From: an uncultured Nitrosomonas sp.
GTDB taxonomy: Bacteria; Pseudomonadota; Gammaproteobacteria; Burkholderiales; Nitrosomonadaceae
Direction: 5' to 3'
Length of the DNA: 34,743 nt
Assembly: GCA_964509635.1 (NCBI GenBank)
Contig: CAZDYN010000001.1
Coordinates: 1-34,743 of the forward strand
The first letter of the stretch is position 1; each line of letters starts with the position of its first letter. Of this stretch, positions 16,330 to 27,000 are shown one piece after another. The notes below the pieces were generated by a model. The model was given only the letters and a program-made list of their open reading frames with translations, was not told the DNA's origin and made no database searches. The translations under genes and the position numbers were made by a program.

Positions 16330-19300
16330 ATGTCGCAACTTGAAGAACTCACGCGCGGAGCGGCGGTCCGAGGAATCCTTCCTGATGGCCTCGTCACGAT
16401 TAGCGATGTGCGCTGGATCGGCACGGTCGCAATTGAGGTGACATACAAAGACAGCAATGGCAGGCTCGGCAGCGAGTTGCTTTACCGTGACCGCGAGGAA
16501 ACCCTGGAAGTTGTGGAGTCCGGACGCCCTTGGAGCTTTGACGGTGATCCAGAACTGTTCCGTCTGCTCTCGGAAGCGAATCGCATCCGCATGGCTTACC
16601 TCTTTGACCCGATGCTGGCAGTTCACACGTCGCTGGTCGAACCACTGCCGCATCAGATCACAGCGGTCTACGGCGAAATGCTTTCACGGCAGCCGCTCCG
16701 CTTCCTGCTGGCCGACGATCCGGGTGCAGGCAAGACAATCATGACGGGCCTGTTCATCAAAGAACTGATAGCGCGTGGCGATCTCCAGCGATGTCTGATT
16801 GTCTGTCCCGGAAACCTCGTGGAGCAATGGCAGGACGAACTCGACAGCAAATTTCATTTGCCGTTCGAGATCATGACCAATGATGCGTTTGAGGCGGCCC
16901 GCACCGGCAACTGGTTCAGTGAAAAGCCTCTGGCGATCTGTCGGCTGGATAAGTTGAGCCGAAATGAAGACGTGCAGGCCAAGTTGGCCCAGACTGACTG
17001 GGATCTTGTCGTCTGTGACGAGTCACATAAACTCAGCGCGACCTACTTCGGAAATGAGGTCAAATACACCAAGCGGTATCACTTGGGGCAACTGCTCTCC
17101 ACGCTGACTCGGCACTTCCTGTTGCTCACCGCAACACCGCACAACGGGAAAGAAGCTGACTTCCAGTTGTTCATGGCTTTGCTTGACGGTGACCGTTTCG
17201 AGGGCAGGTTTCGCGATGGCATTCATGTCCAGGATACCAGCGACATGATGCGACGGCTGGTGAAAGAACAATTGCTCAAATTCGACGGCACAAAATTGTT
17301 CCCTGAACGCCGTGCGTACACCGTCAACTACCCGCTGTCTGATGGTGAAGCCGAGCTTTATGACGAAGTCACCAGCTACGTTCGCACTGAATTCAATCGT
17401 GCTGAGGCATTGGAAAACAATGGCCGGAAGGGGACAGTGGGCTTTGCGCTGACCATCCTGCAACGCCGCCTTGCATCATCGCCAGAGGCGATTTATCAAT
17501 CACTTCGCCGCCGACGTGAACGCCTTGAGAAGCGAGTTCGCGAAGAGCAACTCCTCAAACAAGGTGGAGACGTCAGAGTTGACCTGAACGCTGGTTTGCC
17601 CAGTCTTTCATCGGACGACCTCGACGATCTGGAAGATGCTCCCGACGATGAATTGGAAGCCACGGAAGAGAAAATCGTCGATCAGGCTTCGGCAGCCCGC
17701 ACGATCGCCGAACTCCGCATTGAAATTGCCCAACTCCAAGAACTCGAAAAGACAGCATTGCGTGTCCGTCAGTCCGGAACAGACCGCAAGTGGGATGAGC
17801 TGTCAAAACTCCTACAGAACAATACTGAGATGTTCGATGCGGTTGGGCACCGCCGAAAGCTCGTCATCTTCACTGAGCATCGCGACACGCTGAATTACCT
17901 CACGGAGAAAATCCGGGCTTTGCTCGGTCGCCCAGAAGCCGTCGTCATCATTCATGGTGGGGTTGGCCGTGAAGAGCGCCGGAAGGCGGAAGAGTCATTC
18001 AAGCACGACAAGGAAGTTGAGATCCTTGTCGCTACGGACGCGGCGGGCGAAGGCATCAATTTGCAGCGTGCCCACCTGATGGTGAATTATGACCTTCCGT
18101 GGAATCCCAACCGTCTGGAACAACGGTTCGGCCGCATACACCGTATCGGTCAGTCAGAAGTCTGCCATTTATGGAACCTTGTGGCGAACGAAACCCGTGA
18201 AGGCGAGGTGTATTGCCGTCTCTTGCAAAAGCTGGAAGAAGCGCGCACGGCTCTCGGTGGCCAGGTGTTTGACGTTCTTGGGCAATTGACATTCAACGAC
18301 CGCCCGCTCCGCGAACTGCTGGTCGACGCCATTCGATATGGGGACGATGAGGAGCGGAAGGCCGAATTCTTCAAAGCCGTCGACAATGCAGCCGAACGTG
18401 AGCACTTACGGGAACTGATCGAGGGACGTGCGCTGACGCACGATTCAATGGACGTGAGTCGCGTTCGAGCTATCCGCGAAGATATGGAACGGGCCGAAGC
18501 TCGGCGACTACAACCGCATTTCATTGCGTCGTTCTTCATGGAGGCATTCAAGCTGCTGGGTGGAACGATTCATGAGCGGGAGCCCAAGCGTTATGAAGTC
18601 AAGCACGTTCCGGCAGTGATTCGTAATCGGGACCGTGAGATTGGACGCAGTTCTCCCGTTCTCCAGCGTTATGAGCGGATCGCTTTTGACAAGAATTTGA
18701 TCACCGTCTTTGGAAAGCCGTTGGCGGCATTTGTCTGCCCAGGCCATCCGCTGTTGGACGCGACACTCGATTTGGTCATCGAGCGTCATCGTGACCTGCT
18801 GAAGCGTGGCGCGATTCTGATTGACGAGTCGGATGAGGGTGATAGTCCCAGGGCTTTGCTCTACCTGGAGCATTCGATTCAGGACGCACGCACCGACCGC
18901 AACGGCAATCGACGGGTTGTTTCCAAGCGTCTCCAGTTCGTTGAAGTCGATGAACGCGGCAATACCCGCAACGCTGGCCCGGCACCTTATCTCGACTACC
19001 GTCCGCCAACGATTGAAGAAGCCGAGTTGATCAAAACACAGGTGGCCGTGGAGTGGATGCGGTCCAACCTCGAATCGCAGGCGATGGATCATGCTGCGCT
19101 GCATCTTGTGCCTGATCACCTGCAAGAGATTCGTACGCGCAAAGAAGACTTGATCGACAAAACGAAAGCGGCTGTTCGTGATCGATTGACGAAAGAGATC
19201 AACCATTGGGACCACAGGGCAACAACGCTCAAGGACCAGGAACTCGCAGGTAAGGTGAATGCCAAACTCAACTCAGGGAAGGCACGCGAACGAGCCGACG

Positions 19301-19839
19301 AGTTGACGGGCAGGTTGCAGAAACGCCTGGCTGAGCTGGATCAGGAACGTAAGCTCTCGCCGTTGCCACCGGTTGTACTCGGTGGGGCCATGATTGTCCC
19401 AATTGGGGCGCTCAGAAAAGTGCAGGGAAAAAGTGACTCGTTGCCACCAACCTTCGCTTTAAGCACCGAAGAGTCCGAGCGCCGTGGGATGCACGCGGTC
19501 ATGGAGACCGAACGCCAGCTTGGGTTCATACCGCGCGACGTCAGTGACAAGAATCTCGGATATGACGTGGAGTCGTCCATCCCGGACACGGGCTTACTAC
19601 GATTCATCGAAGTCAAGGGCCGGGTTCGCGGTGCAGCGACCATCACGATCACCAAGAACGAAATCCTGACGGGCCTCAACAAGCCCGAACAGTTCATCCT
19701 GGCAGTGGTCCTGCTTGATCCAGAACAGGCGCAGGTGCGGTACATCCGCAATCCTTTTGATCAAGAGCCAGACTTCAAGGCAACCAGTGTGAATTTCGCG
19801 CTCAACGAACTACTGGCGATTGCCAAGGAGCCACAATGA
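16330..19839 (+). CDS. SNF2/RapA-like SF2 helicase with a C-terminal DUF3883 (PD-(D/E)XK-like) domain
   Basis: LADDPGAGKT, DESH, TATPH, TDAAGEGINLQ and QRFGRIHRIGQ; C-terminal GYDVES...FIEVKGR. Confidence 0.92.
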   Translation: MSQLEELTRGAAVRGILPDGLVTISDVRWIGTVAIEVTYKDSNGRLGSELLYRDREETLEVVESGRPWSFDGDPELFRLLSEANRIRMAYLFDPMLAVHTSLVEPLPHQITAVYGEMLSRQPLRFLLADDPGAGKTIMTGLFIKELIARGDLQRCLIVCPGNLVEQWQDELDSKFHLPFEIMTNDAFEAARTGNWFSEKPLAICRLDKLSRNEDVQAKLAQTDWDLVVCDESHKLSATYFGNEVKYTKRYHLGQLLSTLTRHFLLLTATPHNGKEADFQLFMALLDGDRFEGRFRDGIHVQDTSDMMRRLVKEQLLKFDGTKLFPERRAYTVNYPLSDGEAELYDEVTSYVRTEFNRAEALENNGRKGTVGFALTILQRRLASSPEAIYQSLRRRRERLEKRVREEQLLKQGGDVRVDLNAGLPSLSSDDLDDLEDAPDDELEATEEKIVDQASAARTIAELRIEIAQLQELEKTALRVRQSGTDRKWDELSKLLQNNTEMFDAVGHRRKLVIFTEHRDTLNYLTEKIRALLGRPEAVVIIHGGVGREERRKAEESFKHDKEVEILVATDAAGEGINLQRAHLMVNYDLPWNPNRLEQRFGRIHRIGQSEVCHLWNLVANETREGEVYCRLLQKLEEARTALGGQVFDVLGQLTFNDRPLRELLVDAIRYGDDEERKAEFFKAVDNAAEREHLRELIEGRALTHDSMDVSRVRAIREDMERAEARRLQPHFIASFFMEAFKLLGGTIHEREPKRYEVKHVPAVIRNRDREIGRSSPVLQRYERIAFDKNLITVFGKPLAAFVCPGHPLLDATLDLVIERHRDLLKRGAILIDESDEGDSPRALLYLEHSIQDARTDRNGNRRVVSKRLQFVEVDERGNTRNAGPAPYLDYRPPTIEEAELIKTQVAVEWMRSNLESQAMDHAALHLVPDHLQEIRTRKEDLIDKTKAAVRDRLTKEINHWDHRATTLKDQELAGKVNAKLNSGKARERADELTGRLQKRLAELDQERKLSPLPPVVLGGAMIVPIGALRKVQGKSDSLPPTFALSTEESERRGMHAVMETERQLGFIPRDVSDKNLGYDVESSIPDTGLLRFIEVKGRVRGAATITITKNEILTGLNKPEQFILAVVLLDPEQAQVRYIRNPFDQEPDFKATSVNFALNELLAIAKEPQ

Positions 19840-22130
19840 CCGCTCTAAACTTAACAGTGCCCCAGATCACGCAACGCATTTCCGAGTGCCTTGGAAAGTC
19901 GCTCCGAGATGCGTCCATAGCACCTCTGAACGCCGTTTGGAAAGAACGATGGAAGCCCAGACTCCGTGAACTCAGTTCTGAAGCGTCGCGTATTCCCACC
20001 GTCACGATCGCCGTAGTGGGCGGCACCGGCGCAGGAAAGAGTACCCTGCTTAATGCGTTGCTTGGAGAACGTATTCTTCCGGTCAGCAATTCGCGCGCAT
20101 GTACCGCAGCGATCTCGGAGGTGACATTTGCGGATTCCGAGTTCGCCGCTGAAATTGAATTCGTTTCCCGTGAAGACTGGCGGCGGGAAATCTCCCTATT
20201 GCTCGCCGACTTGGCAGACGAACGAAAGATCGGCTTGCAGTCGACGAGCGGCGGAGATGGTGTCGCAAAGGGGGCGCGTGACCGTCTGAAAGCGGTCTAT
20301 CAGATGTCTGATGAAGACATACAACCTGGATTGAAGCTAGATGACCTGAACGAGCCACCGGATATCAAAGATGTTCTTGACGCTGGGAATATCCGGATCA
20401 CTAGCGCCTGCGACGATGAGTTTAGAAAACTACTCCGTCGCTATTTGGATTCAAAGCAAGAGTTCTGGCCGTTGGTACGAACGGCCAGAATATCTGGTCC
20501 ATTTCCGGGCCTCACGACGCGAGGCATCAAGCTCGTAGACCTGCCTGGCCTGAATGACCCTAACGAAGCGCGTGAACAAGTCACACACAGCTATCTGAAG
20601 GAGTGCCGTTTCGTTTGGATCGTCTTCAACATCAAACGAGCATTGACTCGCGACATCCAGACGATCATGCAATCTGACGATTTCGCGCGTCAGATCGTCT
20701 TGGATGGTCGTGACAACGCACTGACCTTTGTCGGCACGCATTCTGATGAGGTCGATCGTGAGTCTGGCATTGAGGAGTTCTCGCTCTCGGATGATGCAAC
20801 CGAATCGGAGATTGTCGCGTCGCGCAATTCGGCAGTGCGAACCGTGATCGCAGACCAGCTACACGAACTGGCCGGTAGATTGGCACAAAGCGCCGGCGAC
20901 CAATCCCGAACTGAGGAACTCAGCGCTCGCCTCCAAAAGTCTCGCGTGTTCACGGTCTCTGCCAGAGACTACCTGCATTTGCGGGGTATCTCAAAGAATC
21001 GTTCCTCGACGCTTGAGGACACTGGTGAGACTCAGATCCCCGCGTTACGTGAGCACCTGGCAACGATCTCGGCAGCATACACTAATGGTGCCCATCAAGA
21101 ATCGTTGTTGAAGCAGGTCAATCTGCTGATTTCTGAAATCAAACATCGAATCCAGACAGAAATCCAAAACGTCACCCATGCTCGTGAGTTGACGGGGAAG
21201 AAGCGAAAGGAGATTAGGAACGCACTTCAGCGTCTCCTGACATTTCTTTGCCGCGACCTCAAGAGCCACTGTGAAGGCTTTGTGCAGGAATTGACCGCCA
21301 AGCATGAGTTGCTTGACGAACGATTGAAGAGAGCATTTGAACGAGGTCGGGCCGAGCTGCAACGCGTAACAGAAGGCTGGGGTCGCATTCACGCGTCCAC
21401 GCTTCGCGCGATTGTTCGACGGAACGGGCGGTACCACAGTCCAACATCCGGGAAGTACGACTTTGCGGATGACATATCACGACCATCGCTCGAAATGATC
21501 ACGTTTGCCTGGGATGATTTCTTCGGCGACAAAATGACGCACGCGCTGACTGTCTGGTCCGACAAGCTCATGGTCCTTGCGGATCGACATGGAAATGACA
21601 CTGTTCGCGAGGTTATTCAGCAAGTGGGCGCTGACTCGACCAGCCTTTCTGACGACTTGCAGCGTTCACTGGCAGTCAATGAAAGGCTGATCAAGGAATA
21701 CGTTGGCCAAAGCCAGTCCGATATGTCTGGCAAGCTGCACCAAGTGCGGTCGACACTTTATGAGCAGATTCCCCGACAGGTTGCAGCCAACATGCGCGAG
21801 GCATATCAGGAGGCGGAGGATGAATCGGGAAGTGGAATGAAGCAACGAATCCTTGAACTGCTTTCCGCTCACGCACGTCGTGTGTCGAAGGTCATGTTCG
21901 ATGATGCACGTGACAGAATCATGGAGGGCGTCAGGATGGTGACCGACTCGATGTCCGGGCGGTACAGCGAAATGGCTGACGGGGTCTCAGAACGGCTCTC
22001 GGTTCCAGTCGCCAATTTTGTGCAGGAAGAGATTCTGTCACCTGATGCGACAGATGCGGTCTCCACGTCACTTCCGGCGATTCTGGTCGAACTCGACAAA
22101 GTCATGGACTTGGAGGCCCCGGTACGATGA
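19836..22130 (+). CDS. Dynamin-superfamily GTPase, SLIP-GC/NUGGC-like
   Basis: G1 GGTGAGKS, G2 RACTA, G3 DLPG and G4 variant THSD, followed by a long helical C-terminus; ATGA overlap with the helicase. Confidence 0.85.
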   Translation: MTALNLTVPQITQRISECLGKSLRDASIAPLNAVWKERWKPRLRELSSEASRIPTVTIAVVGGTGAGKSTLLNALLGERILPVSNSRACTAAISEVTFADSEFAAEIEFVSREDWRREISLLLADLADERKIGLQSTSGGDGVAKGARDRLKAVYQMSDEDIQPGLKLDDLNEPPDIKDVLDAGNIRITSACDDEFRKLLRRYLDSKQEFWPLVRTARISGPFPGLTTRGIKLVDLPGLNDPNEAREQVTHSYLKECRFVWIVFNIKRALTRDIQTIMQSDDFARQIVLDGRDNALTFVGTHSDEVDRESGIEEFSLSDDATESEIVASRNSAVRTVIADQLHELAGRLAQSAGDQSRTEELSARLQKSRVFTVSARDYLHLRGISKNRSSTLEDTGETQIPALREHLATISAAYTNGAHQESLLKQVNLLISEIKHRIQTEIQNVTHARELTGKKRKEIRNALQRLLTFLCRDLKSHCEGFVQELTAKHELLDERLKRAFERGRAELQRVTEGWGRIHASTLRAIVRRNGRYHSPTSGKYDFADDISRPSLEMITFAWDDFFGDKMTHALTVWSDKLMVLADRHGNDTVREVIQQVGADSTSLSDDLQRSLAVNERLIKEYVGQSQSDMSGKLHQVRSTLYEQIPRQVAANMREAYQEAEDESGSGMKQRILELLSAHARRVSKVMFDDARDRIMEGVRMVTDSMSGRYSEMADGVSERLSVPVANFVQEEILSPDATDAVSTSLPAILVELDKVMDLEAPVR

Positions 22131-23473
22131 GTTCATGGCCGAAGATTATCCGTGATCCCGTTCATAATCTCGTGATTTTTGAGGACACACCCTGTGACCG
22201 TCTGTTACTCGACCTGATCAATACTCGGGAGTTCCAGCGACTTCGTCGCATCAAGCAACTGGGCTTTAGTCAGCTCACGTTTCCTGGTGCGGATCACAGT
22301 CGTTTTGCACATTCCATTGGCGTCATGCACATTGCTCGCCGCATGCTCGAACGAGTCACGAGCATCTGCCCATTGTGTATTGATGACGATCTGAAAATGG
22401 TTGTGCTCGCTGCCGCACTCCTGCACGACGTTGGTCACGGGCCTTTTTCTCACGCCTTCGAGAAAATTACGGGCGACGATCACGAAGTTCGGACGATTGA
22501 GATCATCACGTCCGACAGCACCGAAGTGAATGCTGTCCTGAAGCGGGTGTCCCTCGATCTGCCGGAACGTCTCAAGGTGTTTTTCGACGAAGACATTGAG
22601 GATTCGACAGTCTCGTCAGCCCTGACATCGCCTTACCTTACGCAGATCGTGTCAAGCCAACTCGATGCGGATCGGTTTGACTATCTCCTACGGGATAGTT
22701 ATTCGACCGGATCGAACTCAGGTCGATTTGACTTGGACTGGCTGATCCAGCACTTGGAAGTTGATGGCGAAAAAGGGAGATTTTATCTTCAGTCCAAGGC
22801 ATTGTTCGCGGCCGAGGCGTATGTCTTTGCTCGATATCATATGTACCGCACAGTGTACTACCACAAGACAACGCGATCCGGCGAAGTCATGTTGAAGATG
22901 CTCTTTCGGCGGTACAAAGCGTTGCTGAAAGACGCCGACGGCAATGCCGCCAAGCAAGCCATCGTCCCCTATGCCCCGCCCGCTGTGTGCAGCGCATTTT
23001 CGACAGGGATCGCACTCGACGAGTACCTGATGCTCGACGACCACACGATGACCGAATTTGCGAAGGCATGTATGCGGTGCAATGACACTGTCATGTCTAC
23101 CCTCGCCAAGGGGCTGCTTGAAAGGAAGCTCTTCAAAGCAGTCGATGTGACTGACGCCTGGTCGCCGAATGTCGCGAAGTTTTATGAAAAGGCAAAAGAG
23201 ATCGTCGCGACAAAGTCCGGCCTGCCAGTTGAATTCTTCTTTGAATCGGATACTCCGAGTGACACTGCTTACAAACTCTACAACCCTGACGCGAGCAAGC
23301 CAGCAACGCAGATTTATGTTGAAGGAGGTGGAGGAAAGCAGCAAGAGCTTTCCCGTCTCTCGGAGAATGTCGCGAACTTGACCAAGCCATACAGGCTGAA
23401 TCGTTACTACTTTCCTGAAAACGTCCAAGAAGCCATTCTTTTGGACGCTGTCCCTCTTTTGTTCAAGGAGTGA
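22127..23473 (+). CDS. HD-domain phosphohydrolase, SAMHD1/YwfO-like dNTP triphosphohydrolase family
   Basis: RDPVH, FQRLRRIKQLG, HSRFAHSIGV, LLHDVGHGPFSH, DADRFDYLLRD and MYRTVYYHKT; ATGA overlap with the GTPase. Confidence 0.92.
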   Translation: MSSWPKIIRDPVHNLVIFEDTPCDRLLLDLINTREFQRLRRIKQLGFSQLTFPGADHSRFAHSIGVMHIARRMLERVTSICPLCIDDDLKMVVLAAALLHDVGHGPFSHAFEKITGDDHEVRTIEIITSDSTEVNAVLKRVSLDLPERLKVFFDEDIEDSTVSSALTSPYLTQIVSSQLDADRFDYLLRDSYSTGSNSGRFDLDWLIQHLEVDGEKGRFYLQSKALFAAEAYVFARYHMYRTVYYHKTTRSGEVMLKMLFRRYKALLKDADGNAAKQAIVPYAPPAVCSAFSTGIALDEYLMLDDHTMTEFAKACMRCNDTVMSTLAKGLLERKLFKAVDVTDAWSPNVAKFYEKAKEIVATKSGLPVEFFFESDTPSDTAYKLYNPDASKPATQIYVEGGGGKQQELSRLSENVANLTKPYRLNRYYFPENVQEAILLDAVPLLFKE

Positions 23474-23476
23474 ACT

Positions 23477-23977
23477 ATGTCACTGAGAAACCAGAAATGG
23501 GTTGCCGCACTGATCGCCGCGCATCCTGACCAGAAAATCTTCGGACGTACTCGTCTGCAAAAGGAAGTGAAGCTCCTTCAGCGGCTCGACTTTCCCACTG
23601 ACTATTCCTATTCGATTCATTTTTATGGGCCGTACAGCGAATCACTCCAGTCGGACATTGGGTTGATGGAAGTCTACGGGTTGATCTCGGAATCGTGTGA
23701 ACAAGGCCGAGACGGCAACGAATACTATGTGCTGGAAGCGACCGAGTCGGCAGATTTGCCTGACGTATCGGAATTCGAGGGCTTCATCGCGCAGTTGTGC
23801 AATGCACCGACTGTTGTCCTCGAGTTGGCAGCCACTTACGACGCGTTCCGCGAACGTGGAGACGACCACGAGGAGGCCCTTGAGCGACTACGTCGCAAGA
23901 AGGGGGCGAAATGCGAGAACGGGAACGAAGACGCCGCTCTCGAACTCCTAAGTGACCTTGGACTCGAAGCTGAGTAA
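23477..23977 (+). CDS. YwgA-like / SocA-Panacea-like small protein
   Basis: GRTRLQKEVKLL, YSIHFYGPYSESL and LELAAT motifs; 3 nt after the HD stop. Confidence 0.75.
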   Translation: MSLRNQKWVAALIAAHPDQKIFGRTRLQKEVKLLQRLDFPTDYSYSIHFYGPYSESLQSDIGLMEVYGLISESCEQGRDGNEYYVLEATESADLPDVSEFEGFIAQLCNAPTVVLELAATYDAFRERGDDHEEALERLRRKKGAKCENGNEDAALELLSDLGLEAE

Positions 23978-24038
23978 GCAATGCCGTCACAGGAATCACC
24001 GAAGCCGCCGAACTTGAAGCAGAAGAAAACGACGTAGC

Positions 24039-27000
24039 ATGACACCGTACCGCAAGAAGTTGATCGAAGTTGCTCTCCCACTGGCCGCTATCAATGCGGA
24101 GTCGGCGCGGGAGAAGTCTATTCGGCATGGGCATCCCAGCACGTTGCACCTCTGGTGGGCTCGGCGACCGTTAGCGGCTTGCCGGGCGGTGTTGTTCTCG
24201 TCCCTGGTCGATGATCCGGATAGCGATCCGCAGTATCTGAAAGCGGATGGGACCGTGGATGAAGACCTAGCCGGACTCAAGCGGGCTGACCTGTTCAACC
24301 TGATTGAAGAGCTGGTGATGTGGGAGAACTCCAACAATGTGGACGTGATTCGCTCGGCTCGTGCCGAGATTGCGCGCTCTGTGGCGTCCCGGTTGATTGA
24401 AACCGGGAAGTTGAAGAAGAATGACGAGTTTGATTTTGGATTTTCGATTTCGTATTTTGGATTGGAAAAACAAGACGAAGGTGTTCCTTCAAACTCGAAA
24501 CTCCAAAATCCAAAATCCAAAATCAAATACCAAGACTTCGTCCAGTGTGGGAATTGCAAGCCGGTCCCCATGGGACTCGACAAGAAAGTGGGGCGGGTCC
24601 GGTTCACGTTTGATGTTTCGCGTCTGCCGCCGGCCGAGGCGGTGAATGCGTTTTTGGCCGAGCACGCGCCGCCGGTGTTGGACCCGTTTGCCGGAGGGGG
24701 TTCCATTCCATTAGAAGCCCAGCGATTGGGGTTGCGGGCCTATGCCAGCGACCTGAATCCGGTGCCCGTGTTGATCAACAAGGCGCTGATTGAGATTCCG
24801 CCCAAGTTCGCCGGCCGGCCACCAGTGAATCCAGAGTCTCGCGGTGGAGGCCCGAAGCCCAAAGGGAAAGATAAGAAGTCAAAAACCCTCACCGAAAAGG
24901 AATGGCACGGAGCCGAGGGCCTCGCCGAGGACGTACGGTACTACGGTCAGTGGATGCGCGACGAGGCCGAGAAACGGATTGGGCATTTGTATCCCAAGGT
25001 TGAAGTCACGGCTGAGATGGCGAAGGACCGGCCTGATTTGCTGCCGTACGTTGGCGAGAAGCTCACCGTCATCGCTTGGCTTTGGGCCAGAACGATTCAG
25101 TGCCCAAATCCTGGATGTCGGGCCAGAGCACCCCTCGTTCGTTCGTTCTGGTTGTCCAAAAAACCGGGGAAAGAATGCTTCGCCAGACCGGTCCTTGACC
25201 GCGATTTCAAGACTGCGAGTTTCGAAATTGCCATGAAAGGCGAACCACCTAAACACACAACCGACCGGACCGGAGCCAGGTGTCTTTTCTGTGACACTTT
25301 TATCAAGAAACAGCAGCTGCGCGATATTTCGATGGAATTTGGTGTTCCCGAAATTCCACTTGCAATTGTTGCAGAAGGAAACAGCACCCGTGTGTACTTA
25401 CCTGCCGATGCTATTCCCTTGCCCACAGTAAAGAAACCAGATGTTGCTTTCCTCGAGCAACCGATGACTAATGATCGCAGGTGGTTTTCGCCGCCGCTGT
25501 ATGGACTGCCAAATTTCGCGGATCTTTTCACGCCAAGACAACTCATAGCACTTACTACATTCTGTGATTTAGTCGAGGAAGCAAGAAACAAAATTCACGA
25601 CGAGACTTCCGCCGTTTGGAAGGGTGACGACGGGCTACGACGCACCAATAGCGATGATGGGGCAACTGCCTACGCGGATGCGGTAGCGACCTACCTAGGC
25701 TTTGCAGTAGATCGCAGTTCCGATTTCTGGTGTGCGCTTTGCACTTGGGCCAATCAACCCAAAAACGAACTCGTAGCGCATGTGTTCGGTAGGCAGGCAT
25801 TACCTATGGTATGGGATTTTGCCGAAGCGTCCCCGTTCAGCGAATCGGGCGGCAATTTTCTCAAAAACCTAGACTTTGTCGTCAAGGCTACCGCCGCACA
25901 GCAATTGCCAACACAAGCAGGATCTGTTCAGCAGCGCGATGCAACGTCGGACCTCGGAATACGACGATCTGCTGTTGTATCTACCGACCCACCCTACTAC
26001 GACAACATCGGCTACGCCGATCTCAGCGACTTCTTTTATGTATGGTTACGCCGATCGCTTTCACGGGTATATCCAGCTATTTTCTCTACCGTGCTCACTC
26101 CCAAAAAACAAGAATTGATTGCAAGTTCCCATCGTCATGGTGGGAAAAAGGAACTGGCACAGATCTTCTTTGAGACAGGACTCGGGCATGCATTCACACG
26201 GATGCATGAAGCAGAGCACACTGACTTTCCAATGACTGTCTACTACGCATTTAAGCAGTCTGAAACCGATGAGACGGATGACGTAGACGACGAAGAACCG
26301 AGTATCTCCAACACAACCGCGTCGACCGGGTGGGAAACGATGCTCGGCGGCCTAATTCGAGCCAACTTCACCATCAGTGGCACTTGGCCGATTCGGACTG
26401 AACGTCCTACTGGCATGAAAGGTATCACCAACGCTCTTGCATCTTCGATCGTTCTGGTCTGCCGGTCTCGTCCCGAAAACGCTTCCCTTGCGACTCGTAA
26501 AGAGTTCCTCACCTCGTTACGTCGCGAGTTGCCGGATGCGCTACGGAATCTGCAACGTGGGAACATCGCGCCGGTGGACCTCGCCCAAGCGGCAATTGGG
26601 CCGGGGATGGCCGTCTTCACTCGCTATGCCAAAGTCCTGGAGAGTGATGGCTCGGCGATGACCGTTCGCACGGCTCTGGGACTGATCAACCAGTCGCTCG
26701 ATGAAGTGCTGGCTGAACAGGAAGGTGAGTTCGACAGCGACACTCGCTGGGCGATCTCGTGGTTCGAGCAGTTCGGGATGGACGACGGCCCCTTCGGCGA
26801 TGCCGAGACTCTCAGCAAGGCCAAAAACACCGCCATCACCGGCCTGGTCGAAGCGGGCATTATCGCGGCCAAGGCGGGTAAAGTCCGGCTGGTCAAACGC
26901 GACGAACTGCCCACCGACTGGAACCCGGCTACCGACAAACGCCTGACCGTCTGGGAAGTCACCCAGCACCTGATCCATCGCCTCGACCAGAAGGGCGAAA

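Noticed and set aside
24400..24620. Intein in the methylase insert
   Set aside because: Too short, and it lacks the N-terminal C/S and C-terminal HN splice motifs.
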